64,000 nt of DNA from an uncultured Collinsella sp. Its GTDB lineage: Bacteria; Actinomycetota; Coriobacteriia; Coriobacteriales; Coriobacteriaceae. Made by a program: the position numbers and the translations under genes. Under the pieces are notes generated by a model. The model had not been told where the DNA came from, made no database searches, and saw only the letters and a list, made by a program, of their open reading frames with translations. Every line of letters starts with the position of its first letter. The stretch's first letter is position 1. Shown one piece after another: positions 1-12,691 of this stretch. Where the stretch lies: positions 2,711 to 66,710 of the forward strand of contig UQIE01000006.1 of the NCBI GenBank assembly GCA_900541065.1, given 5' to 3'.

Positions 1-355
1 TATCTTTTGCGATGACAGTGCGGTTATGGACAGCGCGTACGTGCTACAGCGCGAACTTGGTCAGCTCTTTACTTTTGCGCCTTCGGGCAACGCGTGGATC
101 GATGCCATGCAGCCTGGTGTGTCGAAGGCCTCGGGTATCGCGCAGCTCGCGGAGCATTACGGCATTGGTCGCGACGAGGTCATGGCGTTTGGCGACTCGA
201 TGAACGACTACGAGATTATTCGCTTTGTCGGCACGGGCTGCGCGATGGAAAACGCGCGCCCCGCGCTCAAGGCGGTGGCCAATCGCGTGGTGGGTTGTAA
301 CCGCGACCACGCCGTCCAGCAGGAGCTCCGCCACGTTTTGGAGAGCCTCGCCTGA
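1..355 (+). CDS. HAD-superfamily hydrolase, Cof-type (subfamily IIB); C-terminal fragment, 5' end lies outside the window
   Basis: ORF 26-355 translation has the Cof C-terminal core (GVSKASGI...FGDSMNDYEI...GTGCAMENA); the reading frame is open to the window edge. Confidence 0.75.
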   Translation, partial: IFCDDSAVMDSAYVLQRELGQLFTFAPSGNAWIDAMQPGVSKASGIAQLAEHYGIGRDEVMAFGDSMNDYEIIRFVGTGCAMENARPALKAVANRVVGCNRDHAVQQELRHVLESLA

Positions 356-474
356 TCCGGCAGTTGGGGACGTTCCTTTTCCGCCGGCAGTGGGGGACAG
401 CCCTTGCAACTTTTTCGCGAAGAGTGTCCCCAACGACCGGTCGTTTAAGAACGTCCCCGATGACTGGCCGATGA

Positions 475-1317
475 CTAGGCGAGGGCGGCCATGATGGTGC
501 GGGCGACGCCGTCGTGGTCGTTGTCGAACTCGGTGATGGCGTCGGCGGCCTCGCGGTCTTCGGGCTCGGCGTTGATCATGGCCATGCCGTGGCCCGCTGC
601 CTGCAGCATGGGGATGTCGTTGATGTTGTCGCCGAACGCCCAGGCGTCGGCGAGACGCTCGCCCAGGTGCTCGCATAGCCACGTGAGGGCCGTTCCCTTG
701 GTGGCTCCCTCGCCCATGACCTCGATATTCATGGCGTACGAACGCGTGACCTCAATGCCTCCGAGCGTGTCGAGCTCCGCCGCGATGGCGTCGCGATCGG
801 CTGGGTCGTGCCAGTACATGGCGATGCGTTCGAGTGTCTCGACCTCGTCGATCTTGCTGTCGATATCCATGTCGATCGGTGTTCGTGTGCGCTTGAGCGA
901 AGCCGCGATGTGGGGGTCGCCGCCGCAGAATTCGTCCAGGCGCGTGTAGAGCGAGCGGGGGAGGAAGCACTGGCCGTCGGCGAAGATATCGAAGGTGACG
1001 TCATGGCCGGCGGCAATGCTATGGACACGGTGGGCGATGGCGCGGTCGAGCGGTCGGCTCAAAATGCGCGTAGCGCGTGAGGTATCGGTGGGCACGTCGT
1101 CGTCGAGCTGCCAGACGCTGGCACCGTTGGCGCAGACGGCATAGTGCACGGCGGGGTGGGCGAGGATGGGCTCAAAGACGCCCGACAGCGGACGTCCCGT
1201 GCAGGGCACAAACTCAATACCGCGGCGCGCAAGCTCGTCGAGCATCGCCCAGGTGGCGTCGCTCATCTGCTTATCACTCGTCAGCAGTGTTCCATCCATA
1301 TCGGAAAACACAATCAT
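475..1317 (-). CDS. HAD-superfamily hydrolase, Cof-type phosphatase (subfamily IIB)
   Basis: 280 aa; N-terminal DMDGTL motif, C-terminal GDNINDIPML; convergent with the upstream Cof fragment. Confidence 0.85.
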   Translation of the reverse strand: MIVFSDMDGTLLTSDKQMSDATWAMLDELARRGIEFVPCTGRPLSGVFEPILAHPAVHYAVCANGASVWQLDDDVPTDTSRATRILSRPLDRAIAHRVHSIAAGHDVTFDIFADGQCFLPRSLYTRLDEFCGGDPHIAASLKRTRTPIDMDIDSKIDEVETLERIAMYWHDPADRDAIAAELDTLGGIEVTRSYAMNIEVMGEGATKGTALTWLCEHLGERLADAWAFGDNINDIPMLQAAGHGMAMINAEPEDREAADAITEFDNDHDGVARTIMAALA

Positions 1318-1342
1318 TCGTTGCGATCCTTTCTACTGGCAT

Positions 1343-1380
1343 AAAAAGCGTGGCCGAGGGCGGTGATGCCCTGGCCACGT
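1343..1380 (-). terminator. rho-independent terminator downstream of citrate synthase
   Basis: On the minus strand: GTGGCC...GGCCAC stem with an internal AGGGC/GCCCT pair, followed by CTTTTTAT; about 25 nt after the gltA stop. Confidence 0.6.
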
Positions 1381-1404
1381 TCGGGTTCTATAACGGTCCG
1401 CGTC

Positions 1405-2823
1405 TTAGCGATTGGCGAGCGGCTTGTACTCCAGCGGATCGATCACCGGACGGTATGCCGGGCGGATGATGCGATGCGCGCAGAAGAGCTCTTCCATGCG
1501 GTGCGCCGACCAGCCGGCCATGCGGGCGACGGCGAACAGCGGCGTAAAGAGCGTCTCGGGCACGCCGAGCATCTTATAGATAAAGCCCGTGTACAGGTCG
1601 ATGTTGGCGCAGATGGGCTTGGTCATGCCGTGATCGCGCATCACTTGCGGGGCCAGGCGCTCGATGCGCTCGATGAGTGCGAACTCTTCACCCAAGTCCT
1701 TCTTGGCTGCCAGCGAGCGCGCGTAACGGCGGCAGACCTCGGCGCGCGGGTCGCTGAGCGTATAGACGGCGTGGCCCATGCCGTAGATGAGGCCCGTGCC
1801 GTCGAAGGCCTGCTTGTCGAGGATCTTGCCCAGGTAGGCCGCGACCTCGTCCTCGTCCTCCCAGTTGGAGACATGCGCGCGGATGTCCTCGTGCATAGAC
1901 ACGACCTTGGCATTGGCACCGCCGTGGCGCGGGCCCTTGAGCGAGCCGATAGCCGCGGCGTAGGCGGAATACGGATCGGTGGCCGAAGACGACAGCACGC
2001 GGCAAGCGAAGGTAGAGTTGTTGCCGCCGCCGTGCTCGGCATGCAGCACGAGCATAACGTCGAGCAGCATGGCTTCGTCGCGGGTGAATGCCATGCCGCC
2101 GCGCAACACCTGCAGGATGGTCTCGGCGGTGGAGAGGCCGGGAGTGGGGTGCGGCACGTGAACCTCGGAGCCGCGAAGCTTGGCGACCGAGGCCATGTGT
2201 GCGAAGGCGGCAATGCGCGGGAGACGTGCGAGCATGGAAATGGCGACGTCGATTTCGTGCTCGGGCGTGATCACGTCTGGTTCGGCATCGAAGGCGTAGA
2301 GCAGCAGCACGGCGCGCTGGAGCACGTTCATGATGCTCGACGACACCGTGGTCATGGGGAACTCTTTGACGTACTCGTCGCTCAGATGTCTAAAGGCACC
2401 CAGGCGCTCGCAGAAGCCGTCGAGCTCTTCCTTGTTGGGCAGCGAACCCGTGATAAGCAGATAGGCGACTTCCTCGTAGCCGTAGCGATTCTCGGCCTGG
2501 GCATTGTTGACCAGATCCTCGATGCTGTAGCCGCGAAGCGTGAGCTTGCCCTGATCGGGCACGACCTTTCCGTCGACCTTGTTGTAGCCGTGCACATCCG
2601 AGATACGAGTGAGGCCCGCGACCACGCCCGAGCCGTCGGCATTGCGCAGGCCGCGCTTGACATTGTGCTCGACAAACAGGTCCTCGTCATAAGGGTCGGT
2701 CGGCAGGCCGTGGTAGAGGCTTTCGCTCTCAGACGAAATCTGGCGGCTTGCTTCGTAATCCAGAACCAGTCGGCTCAAGTGGTCATCGAAGCGGTAATAG
2801 ATTTTCTTGGCGTCGTAGGCCAT
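1405..2823 (-). CDS. gltA: citrate synthase
   Basis: 472 aa; HAEHGGGNNSTF active-site region and overall citrate synthase architecture. Confidence 0.9.
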   Translation of the reverse strand: MAYDAKKIYYRFDDHLSRLVLDYEASRQISSESESLYHGLPTDPYDEDLFVEHNVKRGLRNADGSGVVAGLTRISDVHGYNKVDGKVVPDQGKLTLRGYSIEDLVNNAQAENRYGYEEVAYLLITGSLPNKEELDGFCERLGAFRHLSDEYVKEFPMTTVSSSIMNVLQRAVLLLYAFDAEPDVITPEHEIDVAISMLARLPRIAAFAHMASVAKLRGSEVHVPHPTPGLSTAETILQVLRGGMAFTRDEAMLLDVMLVLHAEHGGGNNSTFACRVLSSSATDPYSAYAAAIGSLKGPRHGGANAKVVSMHEDIRAHVSNWEDEDEVAAYLGKILDKQAFDGTGLIYGMGHAVYTLSDPRAEVCRRYARSLAAKKDLGEEFALIERIERLAPQVMRDHGMTKPICANIDLYTGFIYKMLGVPETLFTPLFAVARMAGWSAHRMEELFCAHRIIRPAYRPVIDPLEYKPLANR

Positions 2824-2900
2824 GCGCGCTCCTCTCCGGGCCGCATCGGGGTGGCTTGCATGGGCATGCGCGCGTCAGGCTATCCCCAGCGGCTTGCTCG

Positions 2901-3188
2901 CTACAGGCGGTACATAAAGTTAAAGACGTCCTCGCGCTGGATGGACACGTTGACGCCCGAAAGCTCGCCGGCCTCGGCCAGGGCCTTCTGCAGCTCGGCG
3001 AAGTCGAGCTTGGACTCGGCGGTATCGGCCAGCATGGTCATGGTGAAGATGTCCTCGATAATGGACTGCGTGATGTCGCGGATGTCGACGTTGGCCTCGC
3101 CCAGGACACGGGTGACGCCGGCGACGATACCGGGGCGGTTCTTGCCAAGGACGGTGATGACGATGCGGGAGGACGAGATCTCGGCCAT
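2901..3188 (-). CDS. ACT domain-containing protein (UPF0237 family)
   Basis: 95 aa; VITVLGKNRPGIVAGVT is a typical ACT-fold N-terminus. Confidence 0.75.
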   Translation of the reverse strand: MAEISSSRIVITVLGKNRPGIVAGVTRVLGEANVDIRDITQSIIEDIFTMTMLADTAESKLDFAELQKALAEAGELSGVNVSIQREDVFNFMYRL

Positions 3189-3493
3189 GGGAAACCCTTT
3201 CGCGTGGTTGCGGCGCGCGGGTGCGCTCCGCTACGGTACAGTGTTCATCATTGTACCTGTCTGGCGCCAAAAGGGGTGTGCTTACTGCGGCGTTACACGT
3301 CTGCAACATGGATGAAGGTTCGATGGGGTGCGTGCTCGCTGCGATTGGGCATGTCGCATTGCACAAAGACCGTGAACCTTTTGTGGGACGCGCGGTGCCG
3401 TGGTACCATAGCCGAGTTTGTTGTCTTGGTCGGAAACCAAGACGCCTTATGCGCTGATCGGTAACCAGCGCCTGACTAATAAGGAGTCCTACC

Positions 3494-3919
3494 ATGAAGC
3501 AGGGTATCCATCCCCAGTATGTCGAGTGCACGGTGACGTGCTCCTGCGGCAACACCTTCAAGACGCACGCTACCGTGTCCGAGATGAAGGTCGAGCTTTG
3601 CAACGAGTGCCACCCGTTCTACACCGGCCAGCAGAAGTTCGTCGACACCGGTGGACGCGTCCAGCGCTTCGCCGACAAGTTCGGTGGCGCCGCTGCCGCC
3701 CAGCTCAAGAAGGCTGAGGAGGCCAAGGCTGCCAAGGCCGCCAAGGCTGCTGAGGCCGAGGCCGCTCGCAAGGCCGCCGCTGAGGCTAAGGCTGCCGAGA
3801 AGGCTAAGCGTGCCGCTAAGTTCGCCGAGGAGGCTGCCAAGCAGGCCGCCGAGGCTCCCGCAGAGGCTCCCGTCGAGGAGGCCGCTGCCGAGGCTGAGAC
3901 CACCGAGGCTGCTGAGTAA
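3494..3919 (+). CDS. rpmE: 50S ribosomal protein L31 (zinc-binding C+ type) with a roughly 70-aa Ala/Lys/Glu-rich C-terminal extension
   Basis: N-terminal 70 aa match L31 (CSCGNTF...[10 protein letters not shown]); the tail consists of [30 protein letters not shown] repeats; a plausible RBS lies upstream. Confidence 0.9.
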   Translation: MKQGIHPQYVECTVTCSCGNTFKTHATVSEMKVELCNECHPFYTGQQKFVDTGGRVQRFADKFGGAAAAQLKKAEEAKAAKAAKAAEAEAARKAAAEAKAAEKAKRAAKFAEEAAKQAAEAPAEAPVEEAAAEAETTEAAE

Positions 3920-3955
3920 ATAGCTCGCCGCGGAATCGCTCGCATTCATGGCATA

Positions 3956-3995
3956 AGGGCCGTGCATCCGTTTGGGTGCGCGGCCCTTTTCCTTT
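3956..3995 (+). terminator. intrinsic terminator after rpmE
   Basis: GGGCCGtGCA...TGCGCGGCCC hairpin followed by TTTTCCTTT. Confidence 0.6.
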
Positions 3996-3997
3996 AT

Positions 3998-4028
3998 TGG
4001 TGCAAACGAACCTGTCTCCATGGCACCA
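3998..4028. repeat. Family B repeat, solo right-end-like unit (TGGTGCAAACGAACCTGTCTCCATGGCACCA)
   Basis: Matches the right terminal module of the family B elements at 35906-35971 and 45492-45635. Confidence 0.6.
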
Positions 4029-4088
4029 GATTGGTACGAAGGGGACGGATTGGTTTGCGCCAAATGGCAGAGAGACAGCGTTTTCCCA

Positions 4089-4140
4089 GATAAAACCTGC
4101 CAAAATAAACCTGTCCCTTTTTGGCAGGTTGGTCGTAGTT
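4089..4140. repeat. Family E repeat copy 1 (AGATAAAACCTGCCAAAATAAACCTGTCCCTTTTTGGCAGGTT), hairpin with 11-bp arms
   Basis: 43-bp near-identical copy at 17588-17639 (1 mismatch); internal inverted repeat ACCTGCCAAAA/TTTTGGCAGGT; related to family B end sequences. Confidence 0.7.
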
Positions 4141-4259
4141 ATTACGTGGCGGTCGAGGTCGACCGCATAGGGTGCGCCCTGTTTGGCTAAAGTACAATTA
4201 TCTGTGTTTAACTCGCCCAAGGCTGCATGGCATGGGCGATGGCCAAAAAGGAAAACCAC

Positions 4260-7066
<2,807 letters not shown>

Positions 7067-7067
<1 letters not shown>

Positions 7068-8215
7068 TGGTCGAGGCTTTAGAGGTAACGCCCGCCGAGC
7101 TGGACGCGTTTGCGGACCGGCTCGGCGAGGTCGAGTCGTATCTTCATTTGGACGAGAAGCGCACGCGCGTGACCGAGCTCGAGGCAAAAAGCGTGGCCCC
7201 CGGCTTTTGGGATGACGCCGACGCCGCTCGCGCCACCATGGAGGAGATCGCTCGAGCCAAGGAAGATATCGCTGCCGTGGATACCGCGCGCGGCGAGCTA
7301 TCTGACGCCCGTGCGGCGCTGGAGCTTGCCGAGGAGATGGGCGACGACCCCGATGCCGCCGCGCTGCGCGAGGAGGCTGCCGCTACGACAGAACGCCTGG
7401 CCCGCGCTATCGACGAGCTCGAGCTTTCGAGCTGGTTTACCGGTGAGTTCGATCACGGCGACGCGATTGTGACCATCAAGCCCGGACAGGGTGGCCTGGA
7501 GGCGCAGGACTGGACCTTCATGCTCTTTAAGATGTACATGAAGTACTGCCAGCGTCGCGGCTGGAAGGTTACCATCAACGACTGCCCCGCGGCCGAGGTC
7601 ATCGGCATCGACCGTGCGACCTTTACCGTAGAGGGCAAGGACGCGTTTGGCATGCTGCGTGCCGAGGCCGGTGTGCACCGCTTGGTGCGCATTAGCCCCA
7701 CCGACGACAAGAAGCGCCGCCAGACCACGTTTGCCGGCGTCGAGGTCATCCCCGTGCTGCCTGACGATATCGACATCGAGATCAGTCCCGACGATATCCG
7801 CGTGGACGTGTATCACGCGAGCGGCCCGGGCGGCCAGGGCGTCAACACCACCGACTCCGCCGTACGCGTGACGCATTTTCCCAGCGGCATCGTTGTCACT
7901 TGCCAAAACGAGCGCAGCCAGATTCAGAACAAGGCCGCGTGCATGCAGATTCTCAAGGCCCGTCTGTACGAGATCGAGCTTGAGAAGCGCGCCGAGGCGC
8001 TCGACGAGATTCGTGGACCCAAGACCACGATCGGGTTTGGTAACCAGATTCGCAGCTACGTGCTCTACCCGTACCAGATGGTCAAGGACCTGCGTACGGG
8101 CGTGGAGACCAGCAACGTCGAGGCCGTTCTCGACGATGGCGATCTGGATCCGTTTGTGATCGGCTACCATCGCTGGGCAACCGGCAACGCCGATGCGGAA
8201 GGCTCGGACGCCTAG
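7067..8215 (+). CDS. prfB: peptide chain release factor 2, continuous ORF with no programmed +1 frameshift
   Basis: Start ATG overlaps the secA stop (TAATG); GGQ motif present (SGPGGQGVNTTDSAVRVTH); codon-recognition motif reads SPT rather than the usual SPF. Confidence 0.9.
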
Positions 8216-8304
8216 GCACATGGTTGGCTCCGGGTCGATGCAAACACTTCGCAGGGGTGGTATTTGCTCGATGAATCGGTAGAATCGAATACAGCAAGAA
8301 GTTC

Positions 8305-8334
8305 AAAGCGCACTCGTTTGGGTGCGCTTTTTTG
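8305..8334 (+). terminator. intrinsic terminator after prfB
   Basis: AAGCGCAC-tcgtttgg-GTGCGCTT hairpin followed by TTTTTT. Confidence 0.75.
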
Positions 8335-8345
8335 AGGGAGGCAGC

Positions 8346-9236
8346 ATGGCATATCGTCTGGACATCAAGCGCATTCTTTCGCTGAACTTCTTTCACGATC
8401 TGCCCAAGATTATGCTGGGCTGCGCTCTGGCCGCTATCGCGACGGATCTATTTTTGATTCCCAACGGTCTTGCTGCCGGCGGCGTTACGGGTCTCGCCAC
8501 GATTATCCAGGCGGTCGGCGCCTCGCATGGCATCTCGCTGCCTGTCGGTATTCAAACCATCGTGATGAATGCCTTGCTGCTGCTGGTCGTTATGCGCGAG
8601 GGTGGCATGTTCTACGTGGTCCAGACGGCGACGGGCTTTGTGCTGCTGGGCTTCTTCACCGACCTGTTTGCTCCGTTTGTGGCGCCGCTGGCACATGCCG
8701 ACCTGATGCTGCCCGCTATGTGGGGCGGCATTATCACGGGCATCGGCTACGGCATGGTGCTGCGCGCCGGTGCCAACACTGGCGGCTCAGACACCATCGG
8801 TCAGATTATCTCGCGCAACACATCGCTGCCGGTTGGCTCGACCGTCATGGCGATCGACGTTGCCGTGTGCGCGCTGTCGGCCCCAGTCTTTTCGGTCGAA
8901 AACGCGCTGTATGCGGGCCTTTCGATGGTCGTTAGCGGCTACGTGATCGATGCCGTGGTCGACGGCGGCAACAGGCGCCGTATGGTGCTCATCATCTCGG
9001 ACAAGTTTCCCGATATCGCGGCCGACATCATGTATGGCTTGGGTCGCGGCTGCACCAAGTTTAAGGCGACCGGCATGTACTCGGGTGCCGAGAAGCCAGT
9101 GATCATGGTAATCGTGAGTCGTCGCGAACTCAACACACTCAAGACGATCGTGCGCGAGCGCGACCCGCGCGCCATCGTGACGGTGGCCGATGTCACGGAG
9201 ACCTTCGGTGAGGGCTTCAAGGACATTAACGCGTAG
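8346..9236 (+). CDS. yitT: YitT-family membrane protein (DUF161 N-terminal, DUF2179 C-terminal)
   Basis: Multi-TM N-terminus plus a C-terminal DUF2179-like segment (SGAEKPVIMVIVSRRELNTLKTIVRERDPRAIVTV); GGAGG RBS upstream of the MAYRL start. Confidence 0.8.
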   Translation: MAYRLDIKRILSLNFFHDLPKIMLGCALAAIATDLFLIPNGLAAGGVTGLATIIQAVGASHGISLPVGIQTIVMNALLLLVVMREGGMFYVVQTATGFVLLGFFTDLFAPFVAPLAHADLMLPAMWGGIITGIGYGMVLRAGANTGGSDTIGQIISRNTSLPVGSTVMAIDVAVCALSAPVFSVENALYAGLSMVVSGYVIDAVVDGGNRRRMVLIISDKFPDIAADIMYGLGRGCTKFKATGMYSGAEKPVIMVIVSRRELNTLKTIVRERDPRAIVTVADVTETFGEGFKDINA

Positions 9237-9443
9237 GGTCGACTGCGTTCCATCCAAAAGACGTTCACATTGATAAACCGTTTCATCAGCGGTTCTGCCT
9301 GCTAAATTGCTCAAATAATGATAAATACTCTGGTAAAGCTTCCGGTTTCCAGCATAATGAATGACGTACGTGCATCGCGGCTGGGTTGGGACGACCTTCT
9401 GTGCCGTGCGCATCTTGTCTAAAGAGGATGAAAGGAAGGCACA

Positions 9444-10274
9444 ATGAGCGACGAAGAGCTCAAAAAGGTTGCCAACGAGGTAAGGAAGGGCATCGTCACC
9501 GGCGTGCACGCTGCCAAGTCCGGCCATCCGGGCGGTTCGCTCGGCGCTGCCGACATCATGACCTATCTGTACTTTGAGGAAATGAACGTCGACCCGGCCG
9601 ACCCCCGCAAGGCCGACCGCGATCGCTTCGTGCTTTCCAAGGGCCACTGCGCGCCTGGTCTGTACGCCGTGCTCGCCGAGCGCGGGTTCTTCCCCAAGGA
9701 GGATCTCGAGACGCTGCGCCACATCGGCAGCCACCTGCAGGGTCACCCCAACATGAACGACACCCCGGGCGTCGACATGTCCACCGGTTCGCTCGGCCAG
9801 GGCATCTCCGCCGCCGTGGGCATGGCCGTTGCCGCCAAGCACTGGGGCGATGACTATCGCACCTACGCCCTGCTGGGCGACGGCGAGAGCGAGGAGGGCC
9901 AGGTCTGGGAGGCCGCCATGTTTGCCGGCAACCAGCAGCTCGATAACCTCTGCGTGATCGTCGACCACAACGGCCTGCAGATCGACGGCCCCGTCGAGGA
10001 GGTCAACGACCCCATGCCGCTCGCCGACAAGTTCCGCGCCTTCAAGTTCCATGTGGTGGAGCTCGCCGACGGCAACGACTTCGATCAGATTCGCGCCGCT
10101 TTTGCCGAGGCCCGCGCTACCAAGGGCCAGCCGACCGCCATTATCGCCGAGACCATGAAGGGCAAGGGCGTCTCCTTTATGGAGAACCAGGTGGGTTGGC
10201 ACGGTAAGGCCCCCAACGATGAACAGTTTGAGCAGGCCATGGCAGAGCTCACGGCCGCCGGAGAGGAGCTCTAG
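9444..10274 (+). CDS. transketolase, N-terminal (TPP-binding) subunit of a split transketolase
   Basis: 276 aa; GHPGGSLG... and GDGESEEGQVWEA motifs. Confidence 0.9.
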   Translation: MSDEELKKVANEVRKGIVTGVHAAKSGHPGGSLGAADIMTYLYFEEMNVDPADPRKADRDRFVLSKGHCAPGLYAVLAERGFFPKEDLETLRHIGSHLQGHPNMNDTPGVDMSTGSLGQGISAAVGMAVAAKHWGDDYRTYALLGDGESEEGQVWEAAMFAGNQQLDNLCVIVDHNGLQIDGPVEEVNDPMPLADKFRAFKFHVVELADGNDFDQIRAAFAEARATKGQPTAIIAETMKGKGVSFMENQVGWHGKAPNDEQFEQAMAELTAAGEEL

Positions 10275-10275
10275 G

Positions 10276-11217
10276 ATGGCAGACGTCAAGAAAATCGCCA
10301 CGCGCGTAAGCTACGGCGAGGCTCTCGTCGAGCTCGCCAACGAGCACGATGACTTTGTGGTCCTCGACGCCGACCTGGCCGCCGCCACGCAGACCGGCAA
10401 GTTCAAGGCCGCCTGCCCCGACCGCTTTTTCGATGTGGGCATCGCCGAGAGCAACCTGATGGGTGTCGCCGCCGGTATCGCAACCACCGGCCGCGTCGCC
10501 TTCGCGAGCAGCTTTGCCATGTTTGCCGCCGGCCGCGCCTTTGAGCAGGTCCGCAACTCCATCGGCTACCCGCATCTCAACGTTAAGATCGGTGCCACGC
10601 ACGCCGGTATCTCGGTGGGCGAGGACGGCGCCACGCACCAGTGCTGCGAGGATATCGCCCTGATGCGCGTCATCCCCGGCATGACCGTGATCGTTCCCGC
10701 CGACGACGTCGAGGCCCGCGCCGTGACGCGTGCCGCCTACGAGTGCGACGGCCCCGTGTACATGCGCTTTGCCCGTCTGGCCTCGCCGGTTATCAACGAC
10801 CCCGAGACCTACAAGTTCGAGGTAGGCAAGGGCATCGTCATGCGCGAGGGCGCCGACGTCACCATCATCGCCTGCGGCCTGATGGTCGGCGAGGCGCTCG
10901 AGGCCGCTGAGCAGCTTGCTGCCGAGGGCATCGATTCCGAGGTCATCAACATGCACACCATCAAGCCCATCGATGCCGACCTGATCGTCAAGAGCGCCAC
11001 CAAGACCGGCCATGTCGTGACCGTCGAGGAGCACTCCGTGATCGGTGGCCTGGGCAGCGCCGTCGCCGACGTCCTGTGCGAGCAGTGCCCGACGCCGCTT
11101 AAGAAGATTGGCGTCAACGATACCTTCGGCGAGTCCGGTCCGGGTGCCGAGCTCCTGCACAAGTACGGCCTGGACGCCGCCGACATCGTGGCGACCACCA
11201 AGGAGTTCTTGGCCTAA
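10276..11217 (+). CDS. transketolase, C-terminal (pyrimidine-binding) subunit
   Basis: Start MADVKK directly after the stop of the N-subunit gene with a GAGAGGAG RBS; conserved C-terminal transketolase domain. Confidence 0.9.
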   Translation: MADVKKIATRVSYGEALVELANEHDDFVVLDADLAAATQTGKFKAACPDRFFDVGIAESNLMGVAAGIATTGRVAFASSFAMFAAGRAFEQVRNSIGYPHLNVKIGATHAGISVGEDGATHQCCEDIALMRVIPGMTVIVPADDVEARAVTRAAYECDGPVYMRFARLASPVINDPETYKFEVGKGIVMREGADVTIIACGLMVGEALEAAEQLAAEGIDSEVINMHTIKPIDADLIVKSATKTGHVVTVEEHSVIGGLGSAVADVLCEQCPTPLKKIGVNDTFGESGPGAELLHKYGLDAADIVATTKEFLA

Positions 11218-11270
11218 GGCGTTTTGCGTTGTCTTACCTTGAGAGCCGTTCCCGTATTGGGCAATAAATA

Positions 11271-11313
11271 AGCCGGGGTGCCTTCCATGTGGGGGCACCC
11301 CGGCTTTGTGTTT
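11271..11313. terminator. bidirectional intrinsic terminator between tkt (+) and the convergent gene at 11333-12601 (-)
   Basis: AGCCGGGGTGCC...GGCACCCCGGCT 12-bp stem followed by TTTGTGTTT. Confidence 0.7.
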
Positions 11314-11332
11314 GGGGGAGGCAGAGAAGAAG

Positions 11333-12601
11333 TCAGAGGAGCTTCACGGTTGGGGCCAGGGCGCCGGCAAAGATGTCATCTGCCTTGAAGAGCGTTTTAG
11401 AATCCGGTGCGTTTGCGGCTTTCATTTCGGAGACGATGGTGTCGAATGAGATGGCTCCCAAGGACTGTAAATCGAGGGTCTCGCGAGCGGCATCATCCGA
11501 GCAGATGCTGGAGCTGGATGAGAATTTGGAAAGATGAGCCGTCGCGGCGTCGTAGGACCAGCGCGTAATCCATATTTCTACATAGCGACCGCCGCCAAGG
11601 TTAATGTCCTTTACACACCCGCCGCTGATATCGCCGCCGCCCCATACCTCATGGTCGTATCCGGAAAGACTGCCGATGTATTTGTCGGGATAGGCGGTCG
11701 AGTACAGCCCTATCGAATCCCCGTCGACCTTCGCCGTGACCCTGCCGTCCCAGTACTCGGGCAGGTCGACGCTGAAGGTCTGGGCCTCGATGTGGCGTGC
11801 GGCGGCTTTGCGCTGTTCCTCGGCCTGGCGCGCCGCTTCCTCTTCGGCGGCTTTCTTGGCCGCGACGGCGGTGTCGCGGCGGTTCGTTGCGGCGTGTTGC
11901 AGCGCATCGACGTTGGGCGCGTCCTTGCCCTTGTATGCCATGGCGAGTGTCACGGCGTTGTTGATCTCGTCGTCAGTCACGTCGACAGCATCGATGGGCG
12001 TAAAGTCCAAAACCGAATCCTGCTCGGCGAGTTCTGCCAAGTTGATCTTCTCGCCCTTGGCAAAAGCGTCGTCGAGCGTGAGCTCGGCCTTTGTGCAAGG
12101 CACCTGGTAGATAGTGCCCTCGGCGGCGATGGGGGAGCCTGCCGCCTTGAGCGTGTACTTGCCCTGGATAAGCTTGATGCCCGAGCCGTCAGAAGCGACA
12201 TATTCGACCTTGTCGACCTTCTTTCCGTCGACCGTCTTGCCCTTTACGCGCACCGGCACACGAGAAGCGCCGTTATCGGTGTCCCAGCCTTCAGCCTTTA
12301 CGCTCACCACGAGCGCATGCTTGGAATGAGCCGACTCATACTGCTCCTGCTCCTGAACATGCTGCTGATACAGGTGATACGCCAGCCCACCGCCCCCGCC
12401 AACAACAAGTATCGCCGCGCAGACGATAGCGATTACGACGCCTTTCTTGGGCTTCTTGCTGGGGGCGGGCGAACCCACAGGTGCCGGCACAACCGCGGAC
12501 TCGGCTACGGGCATAGCCTGTGTCCCGTCAAGCGCGGCCCCACATCCCACGCAAAACCGAGCCTCATCAGCAAGTTCAGCACCACAATACGGACAAACCA
12601 T
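11333..12601 (-). CDS. hypothetical membrane-anchored protein with an N-terminal zinc ribbon
   Basis: Start MVCPYCGAEL...CVGCGA (two CxxC pairs), a single TM helix, then an extracytoplasmic domain of about 300 aa with no recognisable family. Confidence 0.6.
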   Translation of the reverse strand: MVCPYCGAELADEARFCVGCGAALDGTQAMPVAESAVVPAPVGSPAPSKKPKKGVVIAIVCAAILVVGGGGGLAYHLYQQHVQEQEQYESAHSKHALVVSVKAEGWDTDNGASRVPVRVKGKTVDGKKVDKVEYVASDGSGIKLIQGKYTLKAAGSPIAAEGTIYQVPCTKAELTLDDAFAKGEKINLAELAEQDSVLDFTPIDAVDVTDDEINNAVTLAMAYKGKDAPNVDALQHAATNRRDTAVAAKKAAEEEAARQAEEQRKAAARHIEAQTFSVDLPEYWDGRVTAKVDGDSIGLYSTAYPDKYIGSLSGYDHEVWGGGDISGGCVKDINLGGGRYVEIWITRWSYDAATAHLSKFSSSSSICSDDAARETLDLQSLGAISFDTIVSEMKAANAPDSKTLFKADDIFAGALAPTVKLL

Positions 12602-12691
12602 ACCAACCTCCAGCAAGCCTAGAGCTACCCATCTAGCCCAACTGTAAAGCGAAAACCCCACCCCAAGTTGCGCAACAATGAGCCCCAATAT

